From Candidatus Latescibacterota bacterium (GTDB lineage: Bacteria; Latescibacterota; UBA2968; GCA-2709665), in the NCBI GenBank assembly GCA_965219995.1, contig CBDCOX010000002.1, forward strand, positions 384,001-448,000: a DNA stretch of 64,000 nt, written 5' to 3'. Position numbers and translations under genes: made by a program. Shown here one piece after another: positions 10,272-19,911 of this stretch; position 1 is the first letter of the stretch; every line of letters begins with the position of its first letter. Under the pieces are notes generated by a model, which had not been told where the DNA came from, made no database searches, and saw only the letters and a list, made by a program, of their open reading frames with translations.

Positions 10272-11135
10272 ATGCCATCCGTAAGGGAAATTTACCGTTT
10301 CGACGAGTTGACCTGGCCCGAGGTAAACGAAGCCGTGGCGATGGGCAAGATCCCCATCATACCAACGGGCTCGGTCGAACAGCACGGACACCATCTGCCT
10401 CTGAAGGTCGATCATCTCTGCGCCGACGCGGTGGCGACCGAGGCCGCGAGAAGGAAGCCCGACCTGAGCCTGGTATTGCCGCCGGTCAGCTACGGCTACG
10501 TCCATCACGTCATGGACTTTCCGGGTTCGTTGAATATTCACTTCGAACATTTCATACAGTACGTTCTGGATATCTGCAAGAGCCTGGCCTATCATGGTTT
10601 CAAGAAGATGATCCTGGTGAACGGCCACGGATCCAACCACAACCTGGTCGATATGGTAGCCAGGCGCACGATCGTCGAAACGGACGCGAGTTGCGTGTTC
10701 TGCTCCTGGTGGCAGTTGCTGAAGGTGAATCCGGACTTCGACAAGGAGTGGCGGGAGAGCGTCTTCCCAGGTGGCTGCGCCCACGCGGGCGAACTGGAAA
10801 CGTCAATGATGTTGTACCTTGCGCCCGAAAGCGTGCGCAAGGACCGGATCAGGAGCGAAATCGCCAAAACGAACAAACTGGGGTCGAAGTACGTCTGGAC
10901 GGATCTGTTCGCCAAGGGAGCGATGGGACTGATCGAGTGGACCAGCCAGTATACGGACAGCGGAGTGATGGGCGAGGCGGAGAAGGCCACCGCGGAGAAG
11001 GGCAGGGTTGTTTTCGAGGAAGCCAGCGGGAATCTGGCGGAGTTCATCGAGGAATACCACGCGATGGAGATCGCCGGGCGCACGCCGCATCAGAAGGATG
11101 CGCCAACGTTTCCGCTGTCGTATCCCACGGATTGA
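10272..11135 (+). CDS. Creatininase family amidohydrolase
   Basis: PTGSVEQHGHHLP--VD, NGHGSN, HAGELETS and ATAEKG motifs. GGAGG RBS. Confidence 0.9.
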   Translation: MPSVREIYRFDELTWPEVNEAVAMGKIPIIPTGSVEQHGHHLPLKVDHLCADAVATEAARRKPDLSLVLPPVSYGYVHHVMDFPGSLNIHFEHFIQYVLDICKSLAYHGFKKMILVNGHGSNHNLVDMVARRTIVETDASCVFCSWWQLLKVNPDFDKEWRESVFPGGCAHAGELETSMMLYLAPESVRKDRIRSEIAKTNKLGSKYVWTDLFAKGAMGLIEWTSQYTDSGVMGEAEKATAEKGRVVFEEASGNLAEFIEEYHAMEIAGRTPHQKDAPTFPLSYPTD

Positions 11136-11194
11136 TACGTTGGATCGGCTGCATGCTTCCAGCTATCAGCCCGATTCATTCAAAGGCCGGAACA

Positions 11195-11221
11195 AACATG
11201 GATGGACAGGATAGACAGGAT
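11195..11221 (+). repeat. 3x9-bp dispersed repeat family A
   Basis: AACATGGAT GGACAGGAT AGACAGGAT, with near-identical copies at 18636 and 33675 (reverse). Confidence 0.8.
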
Positions 11222-11306
11222 AAGGTCTGGAAAACCGGAAGAACGTCCTCGATTCTGTTCAACCAGACAGGTGGAAATGAAGGCGTGAGCCCGTTTGACG
11301 GTTCAA

Positions 11307-11393
11307 TTACTCCCCCCTTGAGGGGGAGTCGCAGAAGCCGAGCCGGTTCCCTGAGCTTGTCGAAGGGCAGGCGACGGCTGATGCGGTGGGGGG
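11307..11393 (+). repeat. Palindromic REP-like element with nested 24-nt unit
   Basis: ACTCCCCCCTTGAGGGGGAGT hairpin plus CCCTGAGCTTGTCGAAGGG. A reverse-complement relative lies at 24690-24776. Confidence 0.8.
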
Positions 11394-11594
11394 ATTTCAA
11401 TGTCTTTCCGTATGCGACAATCAGCGTGACTCAACATGCACGCATTTTACATTGAAGTCTCACTGCAAGGTCAAAATCATGAGTATCTGAAGAACGGGGT
11501 TGAAAGCGCCCCATGCTGAATTAAGACATCGTAGGCCTCGGACGACCGTTGTCTCGCCGGAGCGCAAATAACAGGAACTTAAAGGGGGTGCAGC

Positions 11595-12563
11595 ATGAAA
11601 CTCGTTACATATGGAATCGGAAGAGAACGCTTTGTGGGGTCCGTGGTCGCGGATGGCGGAATCGTGGTCGATCTGGCGGCCTCGGAAGCGGAATTGGCCG
11701 CCGGCGAGGGGCGCGCGGCGCGCGGTTTGTTCGGTGATATGCTCAGTCTGCTCGACGCGGGAGGGGCGGGGCTCCGCGCGGCGAAACAGGTCGCGCGATT
11801 TGCCGAAAACCGGCTGGGAGGTACGGCCGACGGACGGCTTGGTCATCCGGCCGGAAGCGTAAGGCTCAAAGCGCCTGTGCCGAATCCCCGAAAGGTGTTC
11901 TGCCTGGCGGGAAACTACCAGGACCATATTGAAGAGGGCGGCGGAAAAATGGCCGTCCAGGACAGGGAAACGCCGCGGGTTTTCATGAAGCCGCCGTCCA
12001 CGACGGTGATCGGCCCCGGAGAGCGCATCCTGATTCCTCCCGTCGCCCGGTCGATCGACTGGGAGGGCGAACTGGCCGTGGTGATGGGGAGAAAGGCAAA
12101 AGCGGTCAAGGCGGAAGACGCGCTGAAATACGTGGCCGGCTATACGATTATGAACGACGTGTCCGAACGGGACCTCGTGATCAAAGAGCGTACGGACAGT
12201 CGCGAACGCGACAAGTGGTTCGACTGGTTGAACGGAAAATGGCTGGATACGTTCGGGCCCCAGGGGCCATGGATCGTCACGTCGGACGAGATCAGGGACC
12301 CCCAGTCGCTGGAGATCAGCACCTACGTGAACGGCGAAAGAAAACAGAACAACAATACGGGACAGATGTTATACCCTGTCGATATGATCATCGAGTATAT
12401 CTCGGCGATAATCACCCTCGAGCCGGGTGACCTGATCAGTACCGGCACCATTTCCGGAGTGGGCGCGACCACGGGGACGTTCATGAAGCCGGGTGATCGC
12501 GTGGAAATCGAAATCTCGGGAATCGGCGTGTTGCGAAACGGCGTGGCGGCAAGCAAGCGATGA
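11595..12563 (+). CDS. Fumarylacetoacetate hydrolase family protein
   Basis: KVFCLAGNY-DH, IDWEGELAVV, GYTIMNDVSERD and TLEPGDLISTGT motifs. Confidence 0.92.
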   Translation: MKLVTYGIGRERFVGSVVADGGIVVDLAASEAELAAGEGRAARGLFGDMLSLLDAGGAGLRAAKQVARFAENRLGGTADGRLGHPAGSVRLKAPVPNPRKVFCLAGNYQDHIEEGGGKMAVQDRETPRVFMKPPSTTVIGPGERILIPPVARSIDWEGELAVVMGRKAKAVKAEDALKYVAGYTIMNDVSERDLVIKERTDSRERDKWFDWLNGKWLDTFGPQGPWIVTSDEIRDPQSLEISTYVNGERKQNNNTGQMLYPVDMIIEYISAIITLEPGDLISTGTISGVGATTGTFMKPGDRVEIEISGIGVLRNGVAASKR

Positions 12564-12636
12564 CTTCGCCGCGGATTGATGGATGAACTCGCCGCCGACC
12601 AAGGGCCAGGTGTTCTGGAGATCGAGGGATGGTGGA

Positions 12637-13668
12637 ATGGACGCGAAGGACAAACGCAAGATCAACTGGTACAGGTGTCCCGTGGACAGGGATACGCTGA
12701 ACGCGCTGAATCGACGCAGCGACATCAAGGGATTCCTGCAGACCCTTGGCCACCTCGGGGTGCTCGCTCTCACGGGCGCGTCTGCCTGGTATGCATCCGA
12801 ACACCTCGCATTGCCCTTCCTGATCCTGGCCCTGTTCCTGCACGGGACCGGCTATGCATTTCTGCTGAACGGGTTTCACGAGTTCTGCCACGGCACGGTG
12901 TTCAGATCGAAGTGGCTGAACGTGGTGTTCCTCAAAGTCTTCAGTTTCCTGGGCTGGTACAATCCCGTCTTCTTCTGGACCAGCCACTCGAAGCACCACC
13001 GGTTCACCCTGCATCCGCCGGACGATATGGAAGTTGTGCTTCCGGTGGAGATTACGCTCGGCAGCTTTCTCAAGGCCGCGGTTGTCAATCCATGGGGTCT
13101 GTACAACAGATTGAAAGGGGTCGTACGTTTGTGTTTCGGGAAGTTGGAGGGTCCGTGGGAGCATGTCCTGTTTCCGGAATCGGACCCCGCGCTGCGCCGG
13201 CGCCTGTTCAACTGGGCCCGCATCCTGCTGGCGGGGCACGCGGTGATTGTGGGCGTGTCGCTCTATTTCGGTCTCTGGATGCTTCCGGTATTGATCACGG
13301 TGGCGCCGTTCTACGGCGGGTGGCTGCTGTTCCTCTGCAACAACACGCAGCATGTGGGCCTTCAGGACAACGTGCCCGATTTCAGGCTGAACAGCCGGAC
13401 CGTAATCTTGAATCCGCTGTTTCGGTTTCTCTATTGGCATATGAACTACCACATCGAACATCATATGTACGCCGCGGTTCCGTGTTATCATCTGGGAAAG
13501 CTGCACAGGTTGATCGAGCCCGACATGCCCCGGTGTCCGGTGGGCCTCGCCGCCTGCTGGAAGGAGATTGTGGGCATATTGAAAAAGCAGAAAGCAGACG
13601 CCGAATACCAGTTTGTGCCCGAACTGCCCGCCCGGGTTGACCAGTTCGAGCCGGAACCCGCGGATTGA
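12637..13668 (+). CDS. Membrane fatty acid desaturase/hydroxylase family protein
   Basis: Three His boxes (HEFCH, HSKHH, HIEHH) plus transmembrane segments. Start 12583 or 12637. Confidence 0.88.
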   Translation: MDAKDKRKINWYRCPVDRDTLNALNRRSDIKGFLQTLGHLGVLALTGASAWYASEHLALPFLILALFLHGTGYAFLLNGFHEFCHGTVFRSKWLNVVFLKVFSFLGWYNPVFFWTSHSKHHRFTLHPPDDMEVVLPVEITLGSFLKAAVVNPWGLYNRLKGVVRLCFGKLEGPWEHVLFPESDPALRRRLFNWARILLAGHAVIVGVSLYFGLWMLPVLITVAPFYGGWLLFLCNNTQHVGLQDNVPDFRLNSRTVILNPLFRFLYWHMNYHIEHHMYAAVPCYHLGKLHRLIEPDMPRCPVGLAACWKEIVGILKKQKADAEYQFVPELPARVDQFEPEPAD

Positions 13669-13712
13669 CCTCGTCCTACAAACCCCCACCCCTCAAAGGA
13701 ACCTGTCCCACC

Positions 13713-14906
13713 GTGGCAGAACGCCCGAAAATCGCCGCCGTCGTTACCGAGTATCGCAAGTACTCCCATGCCCAGCACATCTGCGACCGCTTTCTCGAGG
13801 GTTACGGCTGGAACGGCCGGCATCACCACCCGCCCATGGACCTGGTCTCGCTGTACGTGGACCAGCGCCCGGAAGGCGACTTGAGCGGCGAGCGGGCCGC
13901 CCGGTTTCCCGGGATGGTCATTTATCCCACCGCGGGCGATGCCCTGACCCGTGGAGGGCCGGACCTGGCCGTGGATGGCGTCCTTCTCGTGGGCGAGCAC
14001 GGACAATACGGTACGAACGACAGGGGTCAGCATCTCTATCCGCGGTACGAGTTGTTCAAGCAGATCGCGGCTGTCTACCGCACGTCGGGCAGGAGCGCGC
14101 CGGTCTTCAACGACAAGCATCTGTCGTGGCGGTGGGACTGGGCGAAAGAGATGTACGACGTTTCACGGGAGATGGGCTTCGCCTTTATGGCGGGCTCGTC
14201 GCTCCCGGTAACGTGGCGGACGCCTTCCATCGACATGCCGCTTGACGCCCGTGTGACCGAAGCCATGTGCATCGGTTACGGCGGCGTGGACAGCTACGAT
14301 TTCCACGCTCTGGAAACGCTGCAATGCATGGTGGAGCGGCGCCGGGGAGGCGAGACGGGCGTCCGGTGGCTCGACACGTTCCGGGGCGAACGCTTCTGGA
14401 AAGCCCACCATGATCGGGTCTGGTCGCGGGAACTCTTCGAGTCCTGCCTGGCGCGCAGCCACACGCTGGCGCAGCCTCGCGCGGGTTTCAGCCATGTGCT
14501 TCCCACACTGGACGAGATGAAGTCGCTCGAGGACGACCCCATCGCCTACCAGTACGAACATGGCGACGGTCTGGTATCCACAATGATTCTGCTCAACGGC
14601 GTCGTCCGGGATTTCAATTTCGCGGCGCACCTGCCGGACCGGCGCCATCCACTTTCCACCCAGATGTACCTGCCCATGCCGCCCGCGTACACGACCCTGG
14701 CGAATTTCTTCTCGCCCCAGGTCAACAACGTGGAGCAGATGTTCCTCACGGGTATCGCCACGTACCCCGTTGAGCGGACCCTGCTCACCACGGGACTCGT
14801 GGCCGCCGGGGTGGAAAGCCTGAACCGGGATCAGGCACGGGTTCAGACGCCGCATCTGAACGTGGTCTATCGGCCCAATCCCGAATCGACTTTCTGGAGA
14901 ACGTGA
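13713..14906 (+). CDS. Conserved hypothetical protein, Gfo/Idh/MocA-like Rossmann fold (paralogue 1)
   Basis: AVDGVLLVGEHG-Y, PVFNDKHLS, AGSSLPV and FHALETLQCMVERR motifs. GTG start after AAGGA. Confidence 0.75.
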   Translation: MAERPKIAAVVTEYRKYSHAQHICDRFLEGYGWNGRHHHPPMDLVSLYVDQRPEGDLSGERAARFPGMVIYPTAGDALTRGGPDLAVDGVLLVGEHGQYGTNDRGQHLYPRYELFKQIAAVYRTSGRSAPVFNDKHLSWRWDWAKEMYDVSREMGFAFMAGSSLPVTWRTPSIDMPLDARVTEAMCIGYGGVDSYDFHALETLQCMVERRRGGETGVRWLDTFRGERFWKAHHDRVWSRELFESCLARSHTLAQPRAGFSHVLPTLDEMKSLEDDPIAYQYEHGDGLVSTMILLNGVVRDFNFAAHLPDRRHPLSTQMYLPMPPAYTTLANFFSPQVNNVEQMFLTGIATYPVERTLLTTGLVAAGVESLNRDQARVQTPHLNVVYRPNPESTFWRT

Positions 14907-16121
14907 ATGGATCGCCGCGGAGAACAGGGTACGCCGGATGCCGCGCCGCGGCGTCTCGCCGTGATCGCCACCATTTATCGCTACCTCTCCCACGCGCAGC
15001 ATATCGCGGACCGGTTCGAGGTCGGGTACCCGTATGAAGGGCGGTGGCGGCGGCCGAACATGCAAATCGTATCGCTCTACGTGGACCAGAGGCCGGAGGG
15101 TGACCAGAGCCGGGACCGCGCAAGGGAATTCGGGTTTGACGTATACGACACCATATCCCGGGCACTTCGCTGCGGCACCGACCGGCTGGCCGTGGATGCG
15201 GTGTTGATCATTGGGGAGCACGGCGAATACCCGAGTAACGACAAGGGGCAGAAACTCTATCCGCGGTATGAATTCTTCAAGGAGTGCGTCAGGGTCTTCG
15301 AGCAGGACGGCGTTGCCGTGCCGGTATTTAACGACAAACACCTCTCCTACAGCTTTGGGAAAGCCCGCGAGATGGTGGCTGACTCCCGCCGACTCGGGTT
15401 TCCGCTTCTGGCGGGGTCGTCGCTGCCCGTGAGCTATCGGTTGCCGGACCTGGAGTTGCCGCTGGACTGCGGCATTCAGGAGGCCCTGATGGTGGGGGTG
15501 GGCGGCTCCGATGCGATGGACTACCATGCACTCGAAGCCATGCAATGCATGGTCGAACGCAGGCGGGGCGGGGAAACCGGCGTCAGGTCCGTGCAGATGA
15601 TCGAGGGCGACGCCGTCTGGCAGGCGGGTGAGGAGGGCCGGTGGTCCCGGGAACTGCTGGAAGCGGCTCTTTCGCGAAGCGATACGCCATGCGGCCTTCC
15701 CGAAGAAGACGGCCGCACGCGGGACCTCCTGAGCGCCGGAGAGCTGCCGGGTCTCGCGAAGAATCCCGCGGCCTACTTTATCGAGTACCGGGACGGCATG
15801 AGGGCGACGCTTCTCATGCTGAACGGGGCCGTGCGCGATTACTGCTTTGCCGCGCGGGTGGACGGAACCGACGCGCCGGCATCCACGCAGTTTCTCCTGT
15901 CGCCAACGCCCAATGTCACCTATTCGGCCTGCCTGGTCCACAAGATCGTGGAAATGATCGAAAGCGGCGCGGCTCCGTACCCGCCTGAACGGACGCTAAT
16001 CGTCTGCGGTATTCTCGACGCCTGTCTTACATCCAGATTGCAGGGCGAGACACACCTGGAGACGCCCGAAATCGACGTGGCCTACCAGGCGCCCGCGGAG
16101 TCTCACCACGCGCGGGCTTGA
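14907..16121 (+). CDS. Conserved hypothetical protein (paralogue 2)
   Basis: Same motifs as the upstream gene (AVDAVLIIGEHGEYP, PVFNDKHLS, YHALEAMQCMVERRRGGETGV). Abuts the upstream stop. Confidence 0.75.
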   Translation: MDRRGEQGTPDAAPRRLAVIATIYRYLSHAQHIADRFEVGYPYEGRWRRPNMQIVSLYVDQRPEGDQSRDRAREFGFDVYDTISRALRCGTDRLAVDAVLIIGEHGEYPSNDKGQKLYPRYEFFKECVRVFEQDGVAVPVFNDKHLSYSFGKAREMVADSRRLGFPLLAGSSLPVSYRLPDLELPLDCGIQEALMVGVGGSDAMDYHALEAMQCMVERRRGGETGVRSVQMIEGDAVWQAGEEGRWSRELLEAALSRSDTPCGLPEEDGRTRDLLSAGELPGLAKNPAAYFIEYRDGMRATLLMLNGAVRDYCFAARVDGTDAPASTQFLLSPTPNVTYSACLVHKIVEMIESGAAPYPPERTLIVCGILDACLTSRLQGETHLETPEIDVAYQAPAESHHARA

Positions 16122-16142
16122 ACGCGCCCATCCTCGAAATGC

Positions 16143-16363
16143 GGGAAGACGTTAGACGTAAGAGGGGAGAGGATATAAGTGCCCTGAAGGCGGGTAGAGG
16201 GAAGACGTTAGACGGGAGATTCCGTGAATGCCCTAAATGCGGTGAGACGGTAGAGGTGAGACGGTAGAGGATGTGATCGCACGGTGCGGATTCATTTCTT
16301 GCCGGTGGCATTGAGGAAGAATCAATCGGGCAAGGACGTCTTCTCCCGTCTCACGTCTCCCCG
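16143..16363. repeat. Degenerate short-period (AGACG-based) repeat patch
   Basis: GGGAAGACGTTAGACG x2, GGTGAGACGGTAGA x2, and inverted CCGTCTCACGTCTCCCC. Confidence 0.6.
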
Positions 16364-16477
16364 TTTTCTGGCTTTTCATCAAGGGAATGGGGACGTTGGT
16401 GGGCGGGCAAGCTTTCATTTCACGTTAGCCTGATGGACCGATTGCGAGATGTACGTCGAACACACGGGAGGTGTGCC

Positions 16478-17575
16478 ATGAAAATGCAGGCATCGGTACT
16501 GTTGGAACCCCTCAAGCCCCTGGTCGTGGAGGATCTGGATCTTGAAGGGCCGAAGCAGGACGAAGTCATGGTGCGGATGGTGGCCAGCGGGGTCTGTCAC
16601 AGCTGTCTGCACGTGGTGGACGGGGGCTGGAAAGGGTTTCCGATGCCCATGGTGCTCGGCGATGAAGGGTCCGGTGTGGTCGAGGAGGTGGGGCCCGGCG
16701 TAACGAACGTGAAGCCGGGCGATCACGTGATTCTCTCCTGGGCGCCCACCTGCGGGCGCTGCCACTACTGTGTGACCGGGTTGTCGCACCTGTGCGAACG
16801 CGGGGTTCCGTCCAACGGCGTGTTGATGGATGGCACCTCGAGAATGAAATTGAGGGGTGAAACGGTTTACCATTACGGGCCGGCGTGCAGCTTTTCTTCC
16901 TATTCCGTGATGCCGGCGTCGTGCGCGGTGCCCATTCGCCAGGAAATGCCGCTCGACGTGGCCGCGCTTATCGGGTGCTCTGTCATGACCGGCGTGGGCT
17001 CGGTCATCAACACCGCCGCGGTGACGCCGGGAGAGAGCATGGCGGTTTTCGGCTCGGGCGGCATCGGCCTGAACGCGGTCCAGGGCGGCACGCTTGTGCA
17101 GGCCCACCCCATCATTGCGGTGGACATCAATCCCGCGAAGCTGGAATACGCGAAGTCGTTCGGCGCCACCCACACGATCAATGCCGCGGAGGTAGATCCG
17201 GTGGAGGCGATCCGGGACATTACGGGACGCGGGGCCGACCATTCGTTCGTGGCCGTGGGAGAGCCGCGGGTGATCAACCAGGCGTGGGACTGCCTGGCAT
17301 CCCGGGGTCAGTGCGTGCTGATCGGGCTTCCGCCGACCGGGTCCTCGGTGACGTTCGATACCGGCAACCTCCAGTCGAACGAACGCATCATGCGGGGCTC
17401 CAAATACGGAAGCGCGCGGACGTGGGACGATTTTCCCAGGATGGTCGAGCTCTACCTGGCAGGAAAACTCAAGATTGACGAACTGGTGACACGAAAATAC
17501 GGCGTGGATGAAGCGAACGAGGCGTTTGATGCGCTCACGGCAGGCGAGGTGGCTCGGGGCCTGATCGTCTTCTGA
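16478..17575 (+). CDS. Zn-dependent alcohol dehydrogenase (class III/FDH-like MDR)
   Basis: GVCHS, LGDEGSGVV, structural Zn CGRCHYC..C and FGSGGIG motifs. GGAGG RBS. Confidence 0.92.
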   Translation: MKMQASVLLEPLKPLVVEDLDLEGPKQDEVMVRMVASGVCHSCLHVVDGGWKGFPMPMVLGDEGSGVVEEVGPGVTNVKPGDHVILSWAPTCGRCHYCVTGLSHLCERGVPSNGVLMDGTSRMKLRGETVYHYGPACSFSSYSVMPASCAVPIRQEMPLDVAALIGCSVMTGVGSVINTAAVTPGESMAVFGSGGIGLNAVQGGTLVQAHPIIAVDINPAKLEYAKSFGATHTINAAEVDPVEAIRDITGRGADHSFVAVGEPRVINQAWDCLASRGQCVLIGLPPTGSSVTFDTGNLQSNERIMRGSKYGSARTWDDFPRMVELYLAGKLKIDELVTRKYGVDEANEAFDALTAGEVARGLIVF

Positions 17576-17616
17576 TCAGGGTTGAATGGGCGGCACTCAG
17601 GAACCGGCGCGTTAGT

Positions 17617-17655
17617 CCTGAGCCGCTCCCTGAGCTTGTCGAAGGGTCGGCGAAG
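17617..17655 (+). repeat. 23-nt CCCTGAGCTTGTCGAAGGG unit nested in a related motif
   Basis: CCTGAGC[CGCTCCCTGAGCTTGTCGAAGGG]TCGGCGAAG between convergent genes. Confidence 0.75.
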
Positions 17656-17673
17656 TGTCGGCGCCGGGCCTGT

Positions 17674-18591
17674 CTATTCGTTCGATCGGTCGTCCCGCCA
17701 GGACGGCTCGGTCCACGTATTCTGCCAGTTCCATTTCCAGAGCACCCGCTTCGAAGGCAGTTCCACTTCGTATTCCACCCCCGCCGTGAAGGGCAGCACG
17801 CGGGTTCTCTTTCCCACGGCCTCCCGAATCCATTCAATGAACGCGCCAACGTCCGTGACGTCGGGCGGCCAGGTTCCGTGCGGGATCGGGTCCGATGCGC
17901 GGTCGGTGCGGTAGTGGATGGGTATCAGGAATTCCGGCTCGATGGCGTCGATGCATCGGACAAGCTTGTCCGTGCGGTCCTCCCCGCCCCACTCCGTGAG
18001 TCCCATCTTCATATGGATAAGGTAGGTGACCCTTCCGCGCAGCTTCTCAAGCGCCGGGTAGGGTTCTGTGAGGTCCCCCGTGTGCAGAAATGAGACGCCG
18101 GGGTCCCGGACGGTGACGAGGTATCCGCAGTTGGGCAGGTCCGGCCTCTGGTTTTCACCGCTTTCGATGATGTCCACTTGAATGGGGCCGAGGTCCAGTT
18201 CGAACGGGCCGGGAAAGACGCGGGATTCTCCGCCGCCGTGGCTCAGGTGCCGCGGATAGACAATCTGCACGATGTCGGGGTCCAGGTACCTGGTAATGGG
18301 CAGGTCCCTCTCGAACGCGGCGTCGCGATATTTTTCATCAACCGGTTGATCGGGATCGCAGCAGCCCGGGCTGACGAAGATCTTCTTAAAGCGATCACCG
18401 CGGCAGAGCCGGCGCAGTGTAGCGGGGTGGCAGTGGTCGAAGTGTTCGTGGCTGATGAAGATATAGTCGAAGTCGGGCGAGGCGCCTGCCAGGTGTTCCC
18501 CGAACAGGTACGGGTCGAACGCGAAGTTGACCGCGTCGGTCCGGACCTCGAATCCGCCGCAGCCGGTCCATTTCAGAAAAATCGGGTTCAT
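17674..18591 (-). CDS. MBL-fold metallo-hydrolase
   Basis: FDPY, ISHEHFDHC, LHTGDL and IPIHY motifs. Confidence 0.85.
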   Translation of the reverse strand: MNPIFLKWTGCGGFEVRTDAVNFAFDPYLFGEHLAGASPDFDYIFISHEHFDHCHPATLRRLCRGDRFKKIFVSPGCCDPDQPVDEKYRDAAFERDLPITRYLDPDIVQIVYPRHLSHGGGESRVFPGPFELDLGPIQVDIIESGENQRPDLPNCGYLVTVRDPGVSFLHTGDLTEPYPALEKLRGRVTYLIHMKMGLTEWGGEDRTDKLVRCIDAIEPEFLIPIHYRTDRASDPIPHGTWPPDVTDVGAFIEWIREAVGKRTRVLPFTAGVEYEVELPSKRVLWKWNWQNTWTEPSWRDDRSNE

Positions 18592-18635
18592 GGGTTACTC
18601 GCTCTTGCGATTCGACTTATTCAATAAACGGAACT

Positions 18636-18662
18636 AACATGGATGGACAGGATGGACAGGAT
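18636..18662 (+). repeat. 3x9-bp repeat family A
   Basis: AACATGGAT GGACAGGAT GGACAGGAT. Confidence 0.8.
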
Positions 18663-18955
18663 GAAAACAAAAGCAGGAAGAACGCTGCCTGTCACGGAAT
18701 TCGCCGTTAAATCCTTCCACACTGGACCGCGTAACACAACACTGACCAACCCGGATTCTTAACCGCAGAAACTGCCGCGGTTTTTGTACAATATGTTCTT
18801 CAATTAAAATACCAGTTTTAGTGAATTATCCAGGGGGATTGAGTCACATCTGTCCAGGTTCGGTTTCAGACCTTGACGTCATTGCCCTTTGCGTCTGCAA
18901 TAAAGCTGCGAAACTGGTGACCCGATTGTGGTAGTTTCCGCTGTGGTTTTAGACG

Positions 18956-18982
18956 TTCTGTGCCTTTTGTGCTTTTTGTGGC
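18956..18982 (-). repeat. 3x9-bp repeat family B
   Basis: GCCACAAAA AGCACAAAA GGCACAGAA, with a copy at 48743. Confidence 0.75.
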
Positions 18983-19117
18983 TATTGTCTTTCTTTACAG
19001 TCGCGGATGACCGTGATGTCTCCTCAATGAAATCGGGCGACGGTCCGGACAACATATCGATCGCGAATCGGAAAGCAAAGCACGGAATGGGGTGCGCCCG
19101 TGGCACGAAGCGGCGAC

Positions 19118-19666
19118 ATGGGTGTTGAGTCGAATCGCGAGGCATCTTCCCGCGTTCGGCCTTCCGGGCGCCAATCCGGTCTCACGATCTCCCTCTTCGT
19201 CTACGGCACCCTGAAGCGCGGTTACTCGAACCACGACGGCTACTGTCGCGGCGTGTTGGCGATTGAGCGTGCCCTGGTCAGGGGACGCCTGTATATCAGG
19301 CCCGATCGGATCCCGTTTCTCAAGGTGCCCGAACCGGACATCCTCGCCATTGGAACCGCCGATCCCCGGTCCGATGCGGCGGAGCAGCAACGGCTCGCAA
19401 CTCATCACTTGCCCGGAGGGCTACACGGTCCTCTAACCGGCAGCCGCGACGTCGTACGCGGGGAATTGCTCGTATTCGACGATCCTGAAACCCGCCTGCC
19501 CGCCATCGACCGCCTGGAAGGCTTCCGCCCCGGCGGTCGAAGTCTGTACCGCCGTGTGCTCGTGCCGGTACGGGTGAAAGAATCGTTCACAGTCGCCTGG
19601 ACTTACGCGGTGGAGACGAAACCGCTCGATTGGCCGAAACTGGGATCCGGGTGTTGGGCGGGATGA
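19118..19666 (+). CDS. Gamma-glutamylcyclotransferase (AIG2-like) family protein
   Basis: LFVYGTLKRGYSNH, VRGEL, IDRLEG, LYRRV and AWTY motifs. Confidence 0.85.
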   Translation: MGVESNREASSRVRPSGRQSGLTISLFVYGTLKRGYSNHDGYCRGVLAIERALVRGRLYIRPDRIPFLKVPEPDILAIGTADPRSDAAEQQRLATHHLPGGLHGPLTGSRDVVRGELLVFDDPETRLPAIDRLEGFRPGGRSLYRRVLVPVRVKESFTVAWTYAVETKPLDWPKLGSGCWAG

Positions 19667-19840
19667 TTGCGTTACGCCTCACGTGCAAGTGGCGAAGTGA
19701 TAGAGTGACTGCAATCCCAATGGATCCCCTTGAATTTGCATGCGCAGTTTCCGCTACATTAGATGGAAACTTGCAGCCCGCCACGGGCGAAACAGGATCG
19801 GTTAGGACCGATGGGATTCACCTGCTGAAATAGGGCGCAC

Positions 19841-19883
19841 TTGACGTGAGGCGTACTAAGCCATAAATTTCCCTAAGGGAAAT
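19841..19883 (+). promoter_or_regulatory. Sigma70 promoter with overlapping operator palindrome
   Basis: TTGACG-N17-TAAATT. ATTTCCCT-A-AGGGAAAT inverted repeat at 19867-19883, upstream of the Phd antitoxin. Confidence 0.65.
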
Positions 19884-19911
19884 CCAGGGCCGTTCTCAAG
19901 AGTGTCACACG

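Noticed and set aside
10272-11135. Mycofactocin mftE assignment
   Set aside because: No mftABC or radical SAM genes in the window.
16143-16270. Possible CRISPR array
   Set aside because: Only two short degenerate units with related spacers, and no cas genes.
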